Part shown: one piece after another, positions 51,882 through 63,189 of the stretch
Layout: every line of letters starts with the position of its first letter
Position numbering within the stretch: the stretch's first letter is position 1
Assembly: GCF_018977255.1 (NCBI RefSeq)
Contig: NW_024704743.1
Location: forward strand, 31,374,001 to 31,438,000
Length of the DNA: 64,000 bases
Direction of reading: 5' to 3'
Source: Callorhinchus milii
Taxonomy: Eukaryota
Made by a program: the position numbers and the translations under genes
The notes under the pieces: generated by a model
Seen by the model: the letters and a program-made list of their open reading frames with translations, nothing else
Database searches by the model: none
What the model was told of the DNA's origin: nothing

Positions 51882-52796
51882 CTATAAAAAACAAAGGCAT
51901 GAATTAACCGATTCCAGGCATTCTGCAGTCACTGGTTTAGTCTCTTGGCCATCACTCAAATTCAGTCAACATAGGTGAGAACAATCAGTGGAGCACCATT
52001 TCACTTTTGTTACCAGGTTTCAGTATTGAGCAAGGTTGGACTGTCACAAAAATTCTAATTGAATATAAAATCCTGTCATTTATACAATTGTAACAGTGTG
52101 TTTGAGAGCGTGAGGCTTTATCACATCGAAACTTCAAATGTTTCACATGTAATTACTGAGAAGTGGAAAACCAAATTCAGAACAGAAGTGTGTGGAGGGG
52201 GATGGGGGCGGGTGTCTTTTTACAATATAAACCAAAATACTCCAATGTTGTAAACGTTTGGAATTATCTACCAAGCAAGTTAAAAACATTGTGGTTATTT
52301 ACATTCACTCATCACCCAGTTCATACTCTTATTTACCCCAACAATGCCAAAGATCAAAACAAATGTAGCGGAGAATACAGGATTTGAAACAATGGCAATT
52401 CAAAACACTGCACATGCACATCTATTCGTATTGTACCAAATAGTATTTCCTGGGGGTGGGGAGAGCAGGGAAGGGCGAGAGAGAGAGAAAGAGGAACCAG
52501 GATAATCCAATTTGGGCAGGTTTCAGTACAACAACAACGAGCACCTATATAGCGCCCTCCACACACAGTAGCGTCTCAGAGCTCTTAACAGTGGCGGAGC
52601 CTGACTCCGAGCCGGGGGGAGAGGAGGTGGCCATAAGCACAGTTAAAAAGGTAAAAGAACATACTGGTAGAAATCGGCTACTTTATCTAACAGGTGAGTT
52701 TTAGACATTAGCTATTGTCTTACAGAAAGGGACAAGTTCATACCCATGCAGTGCTTTTGAGGTGCATTGAACATACCATCTTTGTTCGGGACTTAC

Positions 52797-52941
52797 CTCT
52801 TGTATTTGTTAAAGACTGGGAGGTAGTTCGAGAAAGGTCCTGACTGGCAGCTTTCAGTGGGCTGTTGGGTGCTCCATTGTCATCTGGACACAGATAAACT
52901 TCAATGGGTCCTCTGGAACTTGACAGATGTATCTGGAAATT
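52797..52941 (-). CDS. E2F3: E2F3 coding exon 6
   Basis: tttacacag| ... |gtaagt; 145 nt; NFQIHLSSSRGPIEVYLCPDDNGAPNSPLKAASQDLSRTTSQSLTNTR. Confidence 0.95.
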
Positions 52942-54001
52942 CTGTGTAAATTTGAAGAGAAAATCGCTGAAGATAAACTTAGTACTAATGGACATGACTA
53001 GATAATACCAGCCCACTCCTCTCAAATCCACATTTCTTCTGTAGTGCCAGTTTTTAAGAGTATAGTGTCCTCGTTTGCCTCTCGCCCATCAATTGAATTC
53101 TATGAGACTATTGTGGTAACTATAAAACACAGGGGTTACGACTGTCTTTGTTATGAGCTTGACCATCCTGTGTTTGACAGATTCAATAGCTCAGGCCATT
53201 GAATTTGAGAGGTAGGCAAAAAACACACTGGTTAAAGTGTCCACTCGCACTTTATAGCCAGCTACCAGAACACTTTACCGACCGTAACGTACAGTTATAT
53301 AGCACCTTTCACCTCGGGAGGGCGTCTCAAAGCGCAAAAACATAGGAGTCAGGCTCATATTGGAAGGTGGGTAAAAGCAATTTTCAATGCCTACCATGAT
53401 GACATGGATAGAATTTTGGAATAGTTATACGAGATCCCATTGTTACAATTGGAAATAAGAGTACAAACCACAAAAAGGCTCTAATAAAGCTCTGCAAATT
53501 ACATCTCCCTCTTTCACTAGTGTAACAGTAAATGTACTCGTCTTTACACCAACGTAAAATGTAAAGAGAGTTTTTTTTTTGCACAATTAAAAAAAAACAT
53601 ATGCCACAAATTACGATTCGTTGTGCATCCACTTTCAAAGAAGAGCACAGACTGCAACCCTCTAGCCCAAGGCACCAACTGACAAGAAGCATTAGATGCG
53701 AGGCACATCTACAAGATTATCTGGAGTCCTGTAACTCAGTGGTTAGAGCACTCGCCTCGCAAGCGAGACACTCGGGTTTGATTACTGGCAGGGCGAAACG
53801 CTAGCCAAGTTTTCTTACTCCACATGCCTGTTTACCTAGCAGTAAGTAGGAACCCAGTCATTAGTCAATTGGCGGATCGCTTTTCCGGGGGTGCTAATTC
53901 CTTTTTATATAAAAAAAATTGGTCACTCAATCGACGTCTATTTGTGGGACAATTGGCTGGCACGTTTCATCCACAAAGCATAGTCAATTGACTTTACAGT
54001 A

Positions 54002-55066
54002 TGTTAGAAAATAAAATCAGCCAAATCTGTAAGGAAATAACGCTAATTCCTCTAACCAGATATCAGACTGTTTTATTATTATTCGTTCGTTATTCCCCAA
54101 TATCCCGATGGGTCAGACCAAAGGCCGGTACAATCAACAGATATTATAAAAGAATAACACCACTATAGATATCTCGAGTTCAAGAGTTCAACACTGTCTT
54201 TCCAGCACACAAGCTTGATTCTTCATGCTTTCAGTCTTCTTGCTTACAGCTTTCAATCTTCCATCTGATATCCTCAGTCTTAGTGTTTCTAGCTCTCAGT
54301 CTTCCATCTCCGTACCCTTGTCTCCACAGCCCGGGATGGCTCCATCTCCCGTATCCTTGTCTCCGCTACCCGGGACGGCTCCATCTCCCGTATCCTTGTC
54401 TCCGCAACCCGGGACGGCCCCATCTCCCGGATCCTTGTCTCCACGACCCGGGACGGCACCGTACACAAAGTTAACGGAACTCTTATACCAATGTGCATCC
54501 AATCATGGTGCGGACATTAGATCACCCGGTCGAAATCATGCCGGGTTCACGTGAACACCTCATGGGGGGTACGTGCCTCAGCACACATACACATTGTCCT
54601 TAATTGTCTAAGATAGAGGATTGATCAGTTTAGGGCTGTATCTGGTGCTCATTATTTTGTGGTGTGGGATCATTAGTACATTCCTTTTAAGGGACTGGTT
54701 AGTTCTTATCAGTATCCTGGGATGGTACCAAGGTCCTATAGTTTAAGCAACTTGCTCATTAATTGCTATTCTTGAAGGTTGCCTTTTGTTGCTTGGCAGG
54801 CCCTGTCAGAATCTAGCGACTTATTGCTCAGTCGAGATCCTGTGTCGACTGGTACCTTGGACCGTTACCTCTGTGGGCTTGTTGTCATTTACTGATAAGA
54901 GGTGAACCCCTGCCCCTGTCCGTTATTCTTTCAAGAACAGAGAAAACCAGATGTGTCCTATCCCATGACTGTCAGTCCAGTTGTCCCCCACACTTAACTT
55001 AAAAGTTAACCCATTCGCAACATCTTTTGTGATTCTAACATTATACAAAAAGTGTAAATTCTAACA
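54002..55066 (-). mobile_element. Solo LTR (ERV or Gypsy type), 1065 bp, inserted into a SINE
   Basis: TG...CA ends with 8-bp inverted termini tgttagaa/ttctaaca; exact 4-bp TSD agta (53998-54001, 55067-55070); the SINE resumes seamlessly on both sides; minus-strand TATA-like (about 54485) and AATAAA (about 54075). Confidence 0.85.
54304..54458. repeat. Four-copy 39-bp tandem repeat inside the LTR
   Basis: Unit ccatctcccgtatccttgtctccgcnacccgggacggct, starting at 54304, 54342, 54381 and 54420. Confidence 0.95.
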
Positions 55067-55715
55067 AGTATATTCTGTGAAGCGCTTTGAGACACCTCGA
55101 AGATGTGATAAGGTACAATATCAAATGCGAGGATTATTATTCTTATTTTGTTGCCCCTCTCCTTTCAGAGAAATTGGCCTGAATCAAACTTTCAATAGAC
55201 TGTGGAAACTCTTTGCAGGAAACCCACATGCCACTTCCCCCCACCCAAAAAAAAATCTAGTGTACAGTTGTGTTGTAAGGCACCACAGCACATCAATTTG
55301 ATGTATCCCGAATAAGAATTGGCAAATGGGTTCCACGTATGATAATGGTACAATACATTTCATTTTTGATGATGGTGTAATGCATTGCAGCATTGAGTTC
55401 ACTTCCCCTCCTGCTACCAAGCAACTTTGAAGAACAATTAGAGGATGCACCTCTAATTAATCTAATTAATGTTAATACCCCAGTTTACTCGTAACAAGCG
55501 TTCTTTTCAGCCACACATCACGTGAAAGGATCCAAACCCATGGAAGTGTTACAAGACACTTGCTGCTGCTGGTTCCTGCTCACCATTCCCTACAGTGAAT
55601 TCCTGACCTCGGGCATGCCGTTTCTGGAAGTAATCCCCTCATGAGGGAAGGGAGTTTCTCCTGGTTTTCTGGCCAACAATCCTCTAGATAATTGGTCAAT
55701 TGGCTGCCACATTTA

Positions 55716-56077
55716 TAATAATACTTGCATTTGATATAGCGCCTTATCAACACGCCTCAAAGTGCTTCACAGAACATATTATAAAATGAATTGGTTGCAT
55801 ATTTTGTGGGCGAAACGCGGCAGCCAATTGCACACAGCAAGGTCCTACAAACAGTCATGAATGAGCGACTAAATTATTATTATTTATTTATGAAGGGATT
55901 ATTACCACCGGGAAAGCAATCCGCCAATCAACTAATAACCAGGTTAATACTTACTGCTGGGTAAACAGAGGCGTGTGGAGTTAGGAAACTTGCCTAATGT
56001 TTCACCCTACCTGGGAATCAAACCCAGGTCTCTTGTTTACGAGGCGAGTGCTCTAATGAATATGCTACAGGACTCCA
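55716..56077 (-). mobile_element. tRNA-headed SINE, long subfamily
   Basis: Full-length head, internal segment and tail. Confidence 0.88.
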
Positions 56078-56377
56078 TTTTCCAACAAATATAGTCACGA
56101 CACTTAATAACATTTATGTTTGATGCATTGCAAAATGTTTTAACAGATGCTATGTCAAATGGAAGCATCACAAGGTTGGAAGCATCACAAGAAGACTCTT
56201 TGCCTCATTTGATCTCTGCCTTCCAGATCATCAAATCTAGTCTTCCCATCATAGAATCAAGCTGCCTTTTTTAAAAAAAAAGTCCAGTTTTCTAACCACC
56301 CTTCTTGGCAATATGTTCCTGTCATTAATTACCCTCTGGACTAAGAAAAAGTGAGTGTAAAGATGCAATTTAGCAGT

Positions 56378-56396
56378 CAGCCACCAGGGGGCACTC
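56378..56396 (+). promoter_or_regulatory. CTCF-binding motif
   Basis: cagCCACCAGGGGGCACtc matches the CTCF core consensus, with tgcaat just upstream. Confidence 0.6.
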
Positions 56397-56599
56397 CTGT
56401 GCATCTCCCAGCTGTTGGTCACAAGGCAATATTGCCCAGAGGGCCAGATGTATTCTTATTAAAGGAAATGGCAGACAGCACAGGCAAGCCTGAAGGAGAG
56501 GAAAGACGAGAATATACTTGAAAGCTTAAATAGTCCAGACCAAGCCCTCCAGGACTCTACCCTGTGTGAAGGGCACTATATAAATGCAAGCTGTTGTTA

Positions 56600-56890
56600 T
56601 TGACCCAGATTTGATCCCTAGTGCATGCCAAGTTAGCTGATCTCAGAGTGCAATGAGTACCAGAATACCTCTCAATGCCCTGAGGTTGAGAAGAAAACTA
56701 TTAGAATTTCCTATTCCTCACCACCATTCAGTAACTCCTGCTGGTTAGCTAGGTCTTGGTATCCCTTGCTGTCCAACATATAGTCATACAGTGGTTGGAC
56801 TCACATGACTGGCTAACTAGGCGAGGTACCAGAGGGTTGTTAGCACTTGTGAACTGCATCAAACAATCGTCTCCACCTTCAGGAGATGGG
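56600..56890 (+). mobile_element. Old SINE-like repeat (AmnSINE2-like from memory)
   Basis: agttagctgatctcag motif; its 3' part (gaggtac..gagg..caccttcaggaga) recurs inverted at 6460-6640; partial copy at about 35430-35540. Confidence 0.5.
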
Positions 56891-57095
56891 AAACAGAATT
56901 ATTGTACAAAGAAGCTTGGTTTTACTGTGCCCCTAGAACACATTTTGTTACAGAAATCCGCAAACCAAAGCAGGAACCTGATGTCGATAAAAGTACAAAA
57001 ACGAACTCCTTCCTGGTTGGACACAACCAAATCCCAAAATAATCCAAAGTTTAGATCAAACCTACAAAGCCATGTGCTTATGAGAACTTACTTAC

Positions 57096-57210
57096 ATCAT
57101 ATGGTTCAGGCACTTCCAGCCTGGTTTCAGGAGGAGCTTTCACAGCTATTACAACCTGGCTTTTGAAGCTCTGAATCTTTCGGACATCCTGATAAGTCAC
57201 ATAGTTTAAT
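57096..57210 (-). CDS. E2F3: E2F3 coding exon 5 (marked box)
   Basis: 115 nt; [38 protein letters not shown]; |gtaagt donor. Confidence 0.96.
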
Positions 57211-57890
57211 GTGCAGTGTGTTAAGGAGACTGAACAAGTAAGAGATTCCCGAGATTGAAGACAGAGCCTCCAGAGATTGAACAAGATATAGCTTTCAACA
57301 TTTTAAACTCCAACCTCCCACACACTCAGGCCTTATACACTTAGTCTTGGTATTCACAAGTGCATCTACCTATAGTTTTAAACATAACAGAGAGGTTTCA
57401 TTCAACCAAGCCCAACCTTCACTTGGAAACCAACATTTCCTGGCAGCTCAAAACAATAAAGTAATCTCAAGAAATGTATTGAAGGAATTATATGTATTGG
57501 AGTCTGGAATCGCTCTTATTTCAACAAGAAAAAAAAAGTGTCAGTTCTACAGTCATCATCTGGGCCAATAGAAAAGTGTGGAAATATTTGCGGGAAATTG
57601 CGGGGGAAATTGGCAAATTTTGAGGAAAATTGCGGGGGGTTGATTGCTGCTATTGTTGAGGTATATTTTACTGCCAACCTACACTTTTTCACTTTATTGA
57701 TAAAAAAAACATGAGGAAATAACACATTTTGCTCTTTGGACCAGGGCAAGCGTTTTTCAAAACTCCCCGCAATTTTAAGGAAAAGTTGTCAAATTTCCTT
57801 GCAATGTTTGGCAAATATTTCCGCAATCTTCTATTAGTCCTGGTTATATAACTAATAAAGAGATTGGTCCATGGAAGTCAGAAAGGATAT
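57211..57890 (-). other. U12-type (minor spliceosome) AT-AC intron of E2F3
   Basis: 5' splice site ATATCCTTT at 57890; branch site TCCTTAAC at 57227-57220; intron ends in AC at 57211. Splicing here restores the frame ([10 protein letters not shown]). E2F genes are known carriers of a minor-class intron. Confidence 0.93.
57560..57842. mobile_element. MITE-like palindromic element in the U12 intron
   Basis: ~75-bp imperfect inverted arms: gggccaatagaaaagtgtggaaatatttgc... versus reverse complement ggactaatagaagattgcggaaatatttgc...; no convincing TSD. Confidence 0.75.
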
Positions 57891-58049
57891 CTTTGGTTTT
57901 CAGATTCCTCAGTTAGCCGTTTTAGGTCCAAAGTGCAGCTCTGGATCAAGTCATCCAGCTTCTTCTCTCTCAGACTGAGCTCAGTCACATCCCGATTGAG
58001 ACCCTGGCAGCGTTTCAGCATTCCTTCATCATCGATCAGGCTGCAGCCC
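57891..58049 (-). CDS. E2F3: E2F3 coding exon 4 (coiled-coil dimerisation region)
   Basis: ttccacag| acceptor; 159 nt; [54 protein letters not shown]; ends at an |atatcctt U12 donor. Confidence 0.96.
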
Positions 58050-58316
58050 CTGTGGAATGAAAACAACATCCAGGGGAAGGGAGGAAGCAAAGAAGATTTT
58101 CAAAAAATCACATCTTCTAAAGAGCCAAGTGATACCAATCCATCAAGTGCCCTATTAAACGCTAAGCACAGGAGACAATTATAGTAACTTTCAATATAGT
58201 ATCAGTTACAGCACGGGTCTATCGGAGACCTAACCACACCTGACTTTGGGGGCTGACTGTCCGGTTTTCTATGCTTAAAAACTGGCCAATGTTCAGGCAT
58301 TAGATATTGTCAGATA

Positions 58317-58686
58317 TAATAATAACCTTGCATTTGATTATATCGCCTTATCACATCTTCAAGATGCCTCAAAGCGCTTCACAGAATATACTGTCATATG
58401 AATTGACTGTATATTTTGTGGGCAAAACGTGGCAGTCAACTGCGCACAGCAGTGTCCCACAAACAGTCGTGGATTGAAGTGACCAATTCATGATTATTTT
58501 TTAAAGGAATTATTATCACCGGAAAAGTGATCCACCAATCAACTAACAACTGGGTTCCTACTTACTGCTAGGTAAACAGAGGCATGTGGAGTACGGAAGC
58601 TTGTCCAACGTTTCGCTCTGCCGGGAATCGAACCCCAGTCTCTCCCTTGCAAAGCGAGTGCTCGAATCACTGAGCTACAGGACTCC
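58317..58686 (-). mobile_element. tRNA-headed SINE, long subfamily
   Basis: Full-length head, internal segment and tail. Confidence 0.9.
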
Positions 58687-58933
58687 AGATACGCAGGATG
58701 CACTTCCTGGTACAGTGGGCAAAGGGATGGCTAGTGCGATCTGACGACCTGGAAGTCGTCCATTGTTCTGCAGTTTACATTGCATATTGGACCCAGTTTA
58801 CAGCTGAGACATTGGACCCAGACGATCGTGGAGAATAAGGTTTCCTTGTACCAATATGACTTTAAAGCGTACATCAAACCATACTCAAGCTGAACAGAAT
58901 TTTGGGCGAGATAGGAGAGAAAAGAACACTTAC

Positions 58934-59153
58934 ATCCACTGAACATTATTTTTGGATTTCTTCTCGATGAGGTGAATTCCCTCCAAAACGTTAGTGATGT
59001 CGTAAATCCTGCGTTTCGGAACCTTTAAGACCTCCGCAGCTCGGTTCAAATCTAAGACCCCGTCTGGAGACTGTCGCAGCAGCTGCAGAACATTCTTTGT
59101 GAGAGGGACCAGGGATGTGTTGTAGCGAGCCTTCTCTGATGGAGACTTGGGAG
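58934..59153 (-). CDS. E2F3: E2F3 coding exon 3 (winged-helix DNA-binding domain)
   Basis: cctgcag| ... |gtaagt; 220 nt; phase fits exon 2; [73 protein letters not shown] contains the [13 protein letters not shown] signature. Confidence 0.97.
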
Positions 59154-59645
59154 CTGCAGGGTGAGGTGAAGAGAAAGGTAACTTTCAGAACCGGTATCTT
59201 TGAAATTCAACGCACATCACAGGATAATGATGGATAATGGTCAATACACTGTACAGTATATGCTATGAAGCGCTTTGAGACGTCTCGAAGACATAAGGCA
59301 CTGTATTAAATGCAAGGATTATTATTATTATAATAGTTCCATACGTCAACAGAAATGAAGCAGCCAGCACTGAAGACGTACAAAGCATGAGGGGGAATAC
59401 AGGTCACCATTAAAAGGTAATAGCACAAGCCTCACTGGTTTTCGCTATCATTTTATCATCTTAGTATTGAAATTGGCAACCACACCATCTCCCACAACTT
59501 TTCACAACCGACCTGGATTTTTACAGTGTCAAATGGTCAGCACAGTTTCAATACAATAAAGAGACAGGAGTTCCATTTAGCCGGGTGGGAGAAAACAGCC
59601 AAGCTGATGGCTCAGGGTCTGTTTTACTTTACGGAGCAAGTAATA

Positions 59646-60007
59646 GAGTCCTGTAGCTAAGACATTAGAGCACTCGCCTCGCAAGCGATCACTGGGTTCG
59701 ATTCCCGGTAATCAAAATGTTGGGCAAGTTTCCTTACTCCACACACCCCTATTTACCTAGCAGTAAGTAGGAACCCAGTTGTTAGTCGATTAGCTGATTG
59801 CTTTTCCAAGGGTAATTATTCGTTTTTAAAAAAAATTGGTCACTCAACCCACGACTGTTGGTGGGACACTGCTGTGTGCAACTGGCGGCCACGTTTCACC
59901 CACAAATATACAGTCAATTCACTTTACAGTATATTCTGTGAAGTGCTTTGGGACATCTCGAAGACATGATGATGCTATACCAAATACAAGGATTATTAAT
60001 ATTATTA
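59646..60007 (+). mobile_element. tRNA-headed SINE, long subfamily
   Basis: Full-length head, internal segment and tail. Confidence 0.88.
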
Positions 60008-62539
60008 ATGATGCACCACAACATGAAATGTCTCTGCTCTCACCCACCATTTACAGAGGCACTGGTTCACTCATGGGCCACCTCATTGGGTTCTCAACCA
60101 AAACCTTAGCCTGTCATTCAGGTGTTGATTCACCCAATTTCCTGTTCCAACAATTCTGAGTTTTAATTCACATCTGTTTTAGACTGACTCTACAGTTGCA
60201 TTCTTTGGCAACTGGCAGTTTTTCTCTCACTCTCTGCTACCCTCCCCCCACCCCACCACCCGATAGAAATGATGGCCTAAAAATAAAAAAAACAATCTCA
60301 TGTAGCAGAGTGCAGGTCTTAGCACAGCCTCAGTCTATGGATGAAACACTATCCCGATCCTGGTATTAATAATAATACTTGGATTTCATACAGCACCTTA
60401 TCACGTCTTCAAGACGTCTCAAAGCACTTCAACGCATTAATCCACACATACATGCCTCTGGTCATGCCTCTAGGTTAACTTTTGCCAATTCCCACCACCT
60501 AAAAAAATAGTGCATCTCAGGAACACATAACTTTAGTGCTAGTCATTTCTCCCAGCTCTGCTATTAGTCAATATTTAGGTAGATGAGATGAAAATATCCA
60601 AAGCCTATTTTTAGGTAGAATACAACACAATACATTTATCTGTTGATTTATTTATCCTCATAAACTTTATTTCAGGCCAAGGAAATAATACACCCTCTTA
60701 GGAAGGTCTTGGTTGCAACAATACTGCAGGTATACACAGCACGTCTGAACTGTAGAATCTCAATTGCTTTATTTAACTATACTTGAAGAAATTTGGAGTT
60801 AAGTATGTGGTTTATCACTCAATACTGAATAGCAGAACATCAATAATCGGTCTGACATTAGTAAGTGCCCTATTAAGGCCACGCAATGGGCCCAGATACC
60901 ATATTACAGGCAGGTACAGTGCAACAATTGAGCACTACAATATGTCCAAAAGTGCATCAATCCAAAAACACCAGTCCTCCTCACTATGGCTGGTATTGAA
61001 AGTCAAAGAATCCCAACCAATCCCTGTACAATTAGACCTTCCTAGACACCTTTGCAATAGGCCCCAAACCACCCTCCTCCCTGAAGATGTCCCTAAGGGT
61101 TAAAAAAAATGGGGATGCTAATGAATTCAAGGCCTCGCATAACCAGGCACAACAGCCAGATCAGTTCCTTCGCCAAACACTTCAATTCATCCAACACAAC
61201 CAATGCCACTCCCCCAAATTACATAGCACCTGTGGAGCTCCACAAACTCCAGCTTAATCTGAGCCCCCGTCCCCTCCAACCTCCTGAGATTATACTTCCA
61301 CTTCTCAATATACCAGACATAGCTTCACTTCAACACTCTGAGTTGCTACCATGTGTGAAGGGCACTATGTAAATGCAAGTTATTGTTATGTACCATGTTC
61401 ATCCTCCATGACAAAAAGAAAAAGGATACCTGGGCTACCAAATAACAGGACTAATTGAGAGGTATGAGACATAGCATCTGTTTCAGAAAAACAACAGCAA
61501 TTTAAAAGATGCCTTTCAAGTTGGGAGGATGCCTCAAAAGGATTACACTCAACTGAATTGGAGCTAAGTAATTACTGCAAAGTTTATGTTTTTGTAGTTA
61601 AACGTAGCAGTCAATTTGTTTTAATAAGTGCATTTTCTGTTTTTTTAAAAAAAACCTTGTAACATAAATGATGAGGGAGGCCAGTGCTGTGGAACAGAAC
61701 ATTCCTCTTTTGAACTCATTGTGAGCATTAAGCACAATATCAGATATAACAGGTTTAGTAAAGCTCTGGACCTCAGTCAATAGCGATGTTGCCTCTGTGT
61801 TAGAAGGGTGTGGATTTAAACCTTATGTCAGGCCTGAAGCTCAACGTCTGTGATGTCTCACACTGTTGGGCGTTCTGACATCTTTAAGCTTTCAAAGCAC
61901 CAGCACAGACATAAACTTCTGTGTCGTAACTTTCTGAGGGGCCAAACTTCACGTATTAAACTAAGACTCCTCGTGCCTCGTAACTGTTTGTGAGAACTCA
62001 GACGGCACACAACTGACATTGGTTTACAAAAATATTCACTTGACAGTAATTAATAATAATAATAATAATCCTTGCATTTGATATAGCGCTTTTCACGTCG
62101 GGAGGACGTCCCAAAGCGCTTCACAGAACATACTGCAAAGTGAATTGACTGTATATTTGTGGGCGAACGCGGCAGCCAATTGCGCACAGCAATGTCCCAC
62201 AAACAGTCGTAGATTGAAAATGACCAATTAATTATTGTTTTGGGTTTTTGAAGGGATTATTATTAGGTCAGTACTTTGAGATATAAGGTGAAATGAAGAA
62301 CAAGTTCTTCCTTCGTAGAATTACATGGAATAATACAACATGGTAACAGGCCCTTCAGCTAAACTAGTGATTGATGGTATTTATACTCCACATGGGCCTT
62401 CAACACTCGTCTGTTCACCTCTCCTGAAACCTTTTTATTTCCTTCTCCTTCACAATTGCATCAAAATTTGCATGAAATATATTGATGCTTTTTGCTTCAA
62501 CTGCAGCTTCTGGCAGCGAGTTCCACATTCTCCTGTAGT

Positions 62540-62855
62540 GGAGTCCTGTAGCTCAGCGGTTTGAGCACTCGCCTCGCAAGCAAGAGACCTGGAATCAATT
62601 CTCAGCAGGGTGAAACCTTGGGCAAGTTTCCCTACTCCACACTCCTGATAATAATCCCTCAAGAAAAAAACAATAATAAATTGGTCACTTCAATCCACAA
62701 CTGTTTGTGGGACACTGCTGTGCGCAATTGGTTGTCGCGTTTCACCCACAAATATATACAGTCAATTCACTTTGCAGAGTATTCTGTGAAGCGCATTGAG
62801 ACGTCTAGAAGACGTGAAAAGCGCTATATCAAATGCAAGGATTGTTATTATTATT
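62540..62855 (+). mobile_element. tRNA-headed SINE, short subfamily
   Basis: A/B boxes, shared body and tail. Confidence 0.9.
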
Positions 62856-62896
62856 GTATATTATACTCTCATCCGAGTACTTCAGGTCACACTTAC

Positions 62897-63008
62897 TTTT
62901 TGGACTAGTTGAGCTTCTCATTGCACCCCTTCCTCTTCCTTTTGGAGTACATACACCAGCAGCAAGGTACTGATGGTCACTTTCTTCCAGCTCCAGTCTC
63001 CTCTTAGC
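62897..63008 (-). CDS. E2F3: E2F3 coding exon 2 (cyclin A-binding KRRL region)
   Basis: Flanked by gcacag| and |gtaagt; 112 nt; translates [37 protein letters not shown], like vertebrate E2F3 AKRRLELGESGHQYL. Exon 1 lies beyond the window. Confidence 0.95.
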
Positions 63009-63189
63009 CTGTGCAATTTACAAAAAAGTCACAGTTCTAGTCAAGTCTGGAGATTTCTGATGAAACTTTAGAGCAAAAACAAACATTCACTGATAATAAA
63101 GTTTTAAAAGACACAATATCTCTGGAAAAGCATTGCACTGACCAGTTACTCAGTCACAGAGGGAAATTTTATCAACATTTTACGTTTAG

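Larger units (their letters stand above)
53722..55140 (+). mobile_element. tRNA-headed SINE (long subfamily) split by the solo LTR
   Basis: 53722-54001 and 55071-55140 join to give the family consensus actttacagtatattctgtgaagcg. Confidence 0.9.

Noticed and set aside
54225..54554. Repetitive ORFs on both strands; array superficially CRISPR-like
   Set aside because: Head-to-tail 39-bp repeats with no unique spacers, inside an LTR in a vertebrate intron.
51613..63008. Assignment as E2F1/E2F2 or as a pseudogene
   Set aside because: Sequence motifs and CDKAL1 adjacency indicate E2F3, and no frame disruptions were seen.
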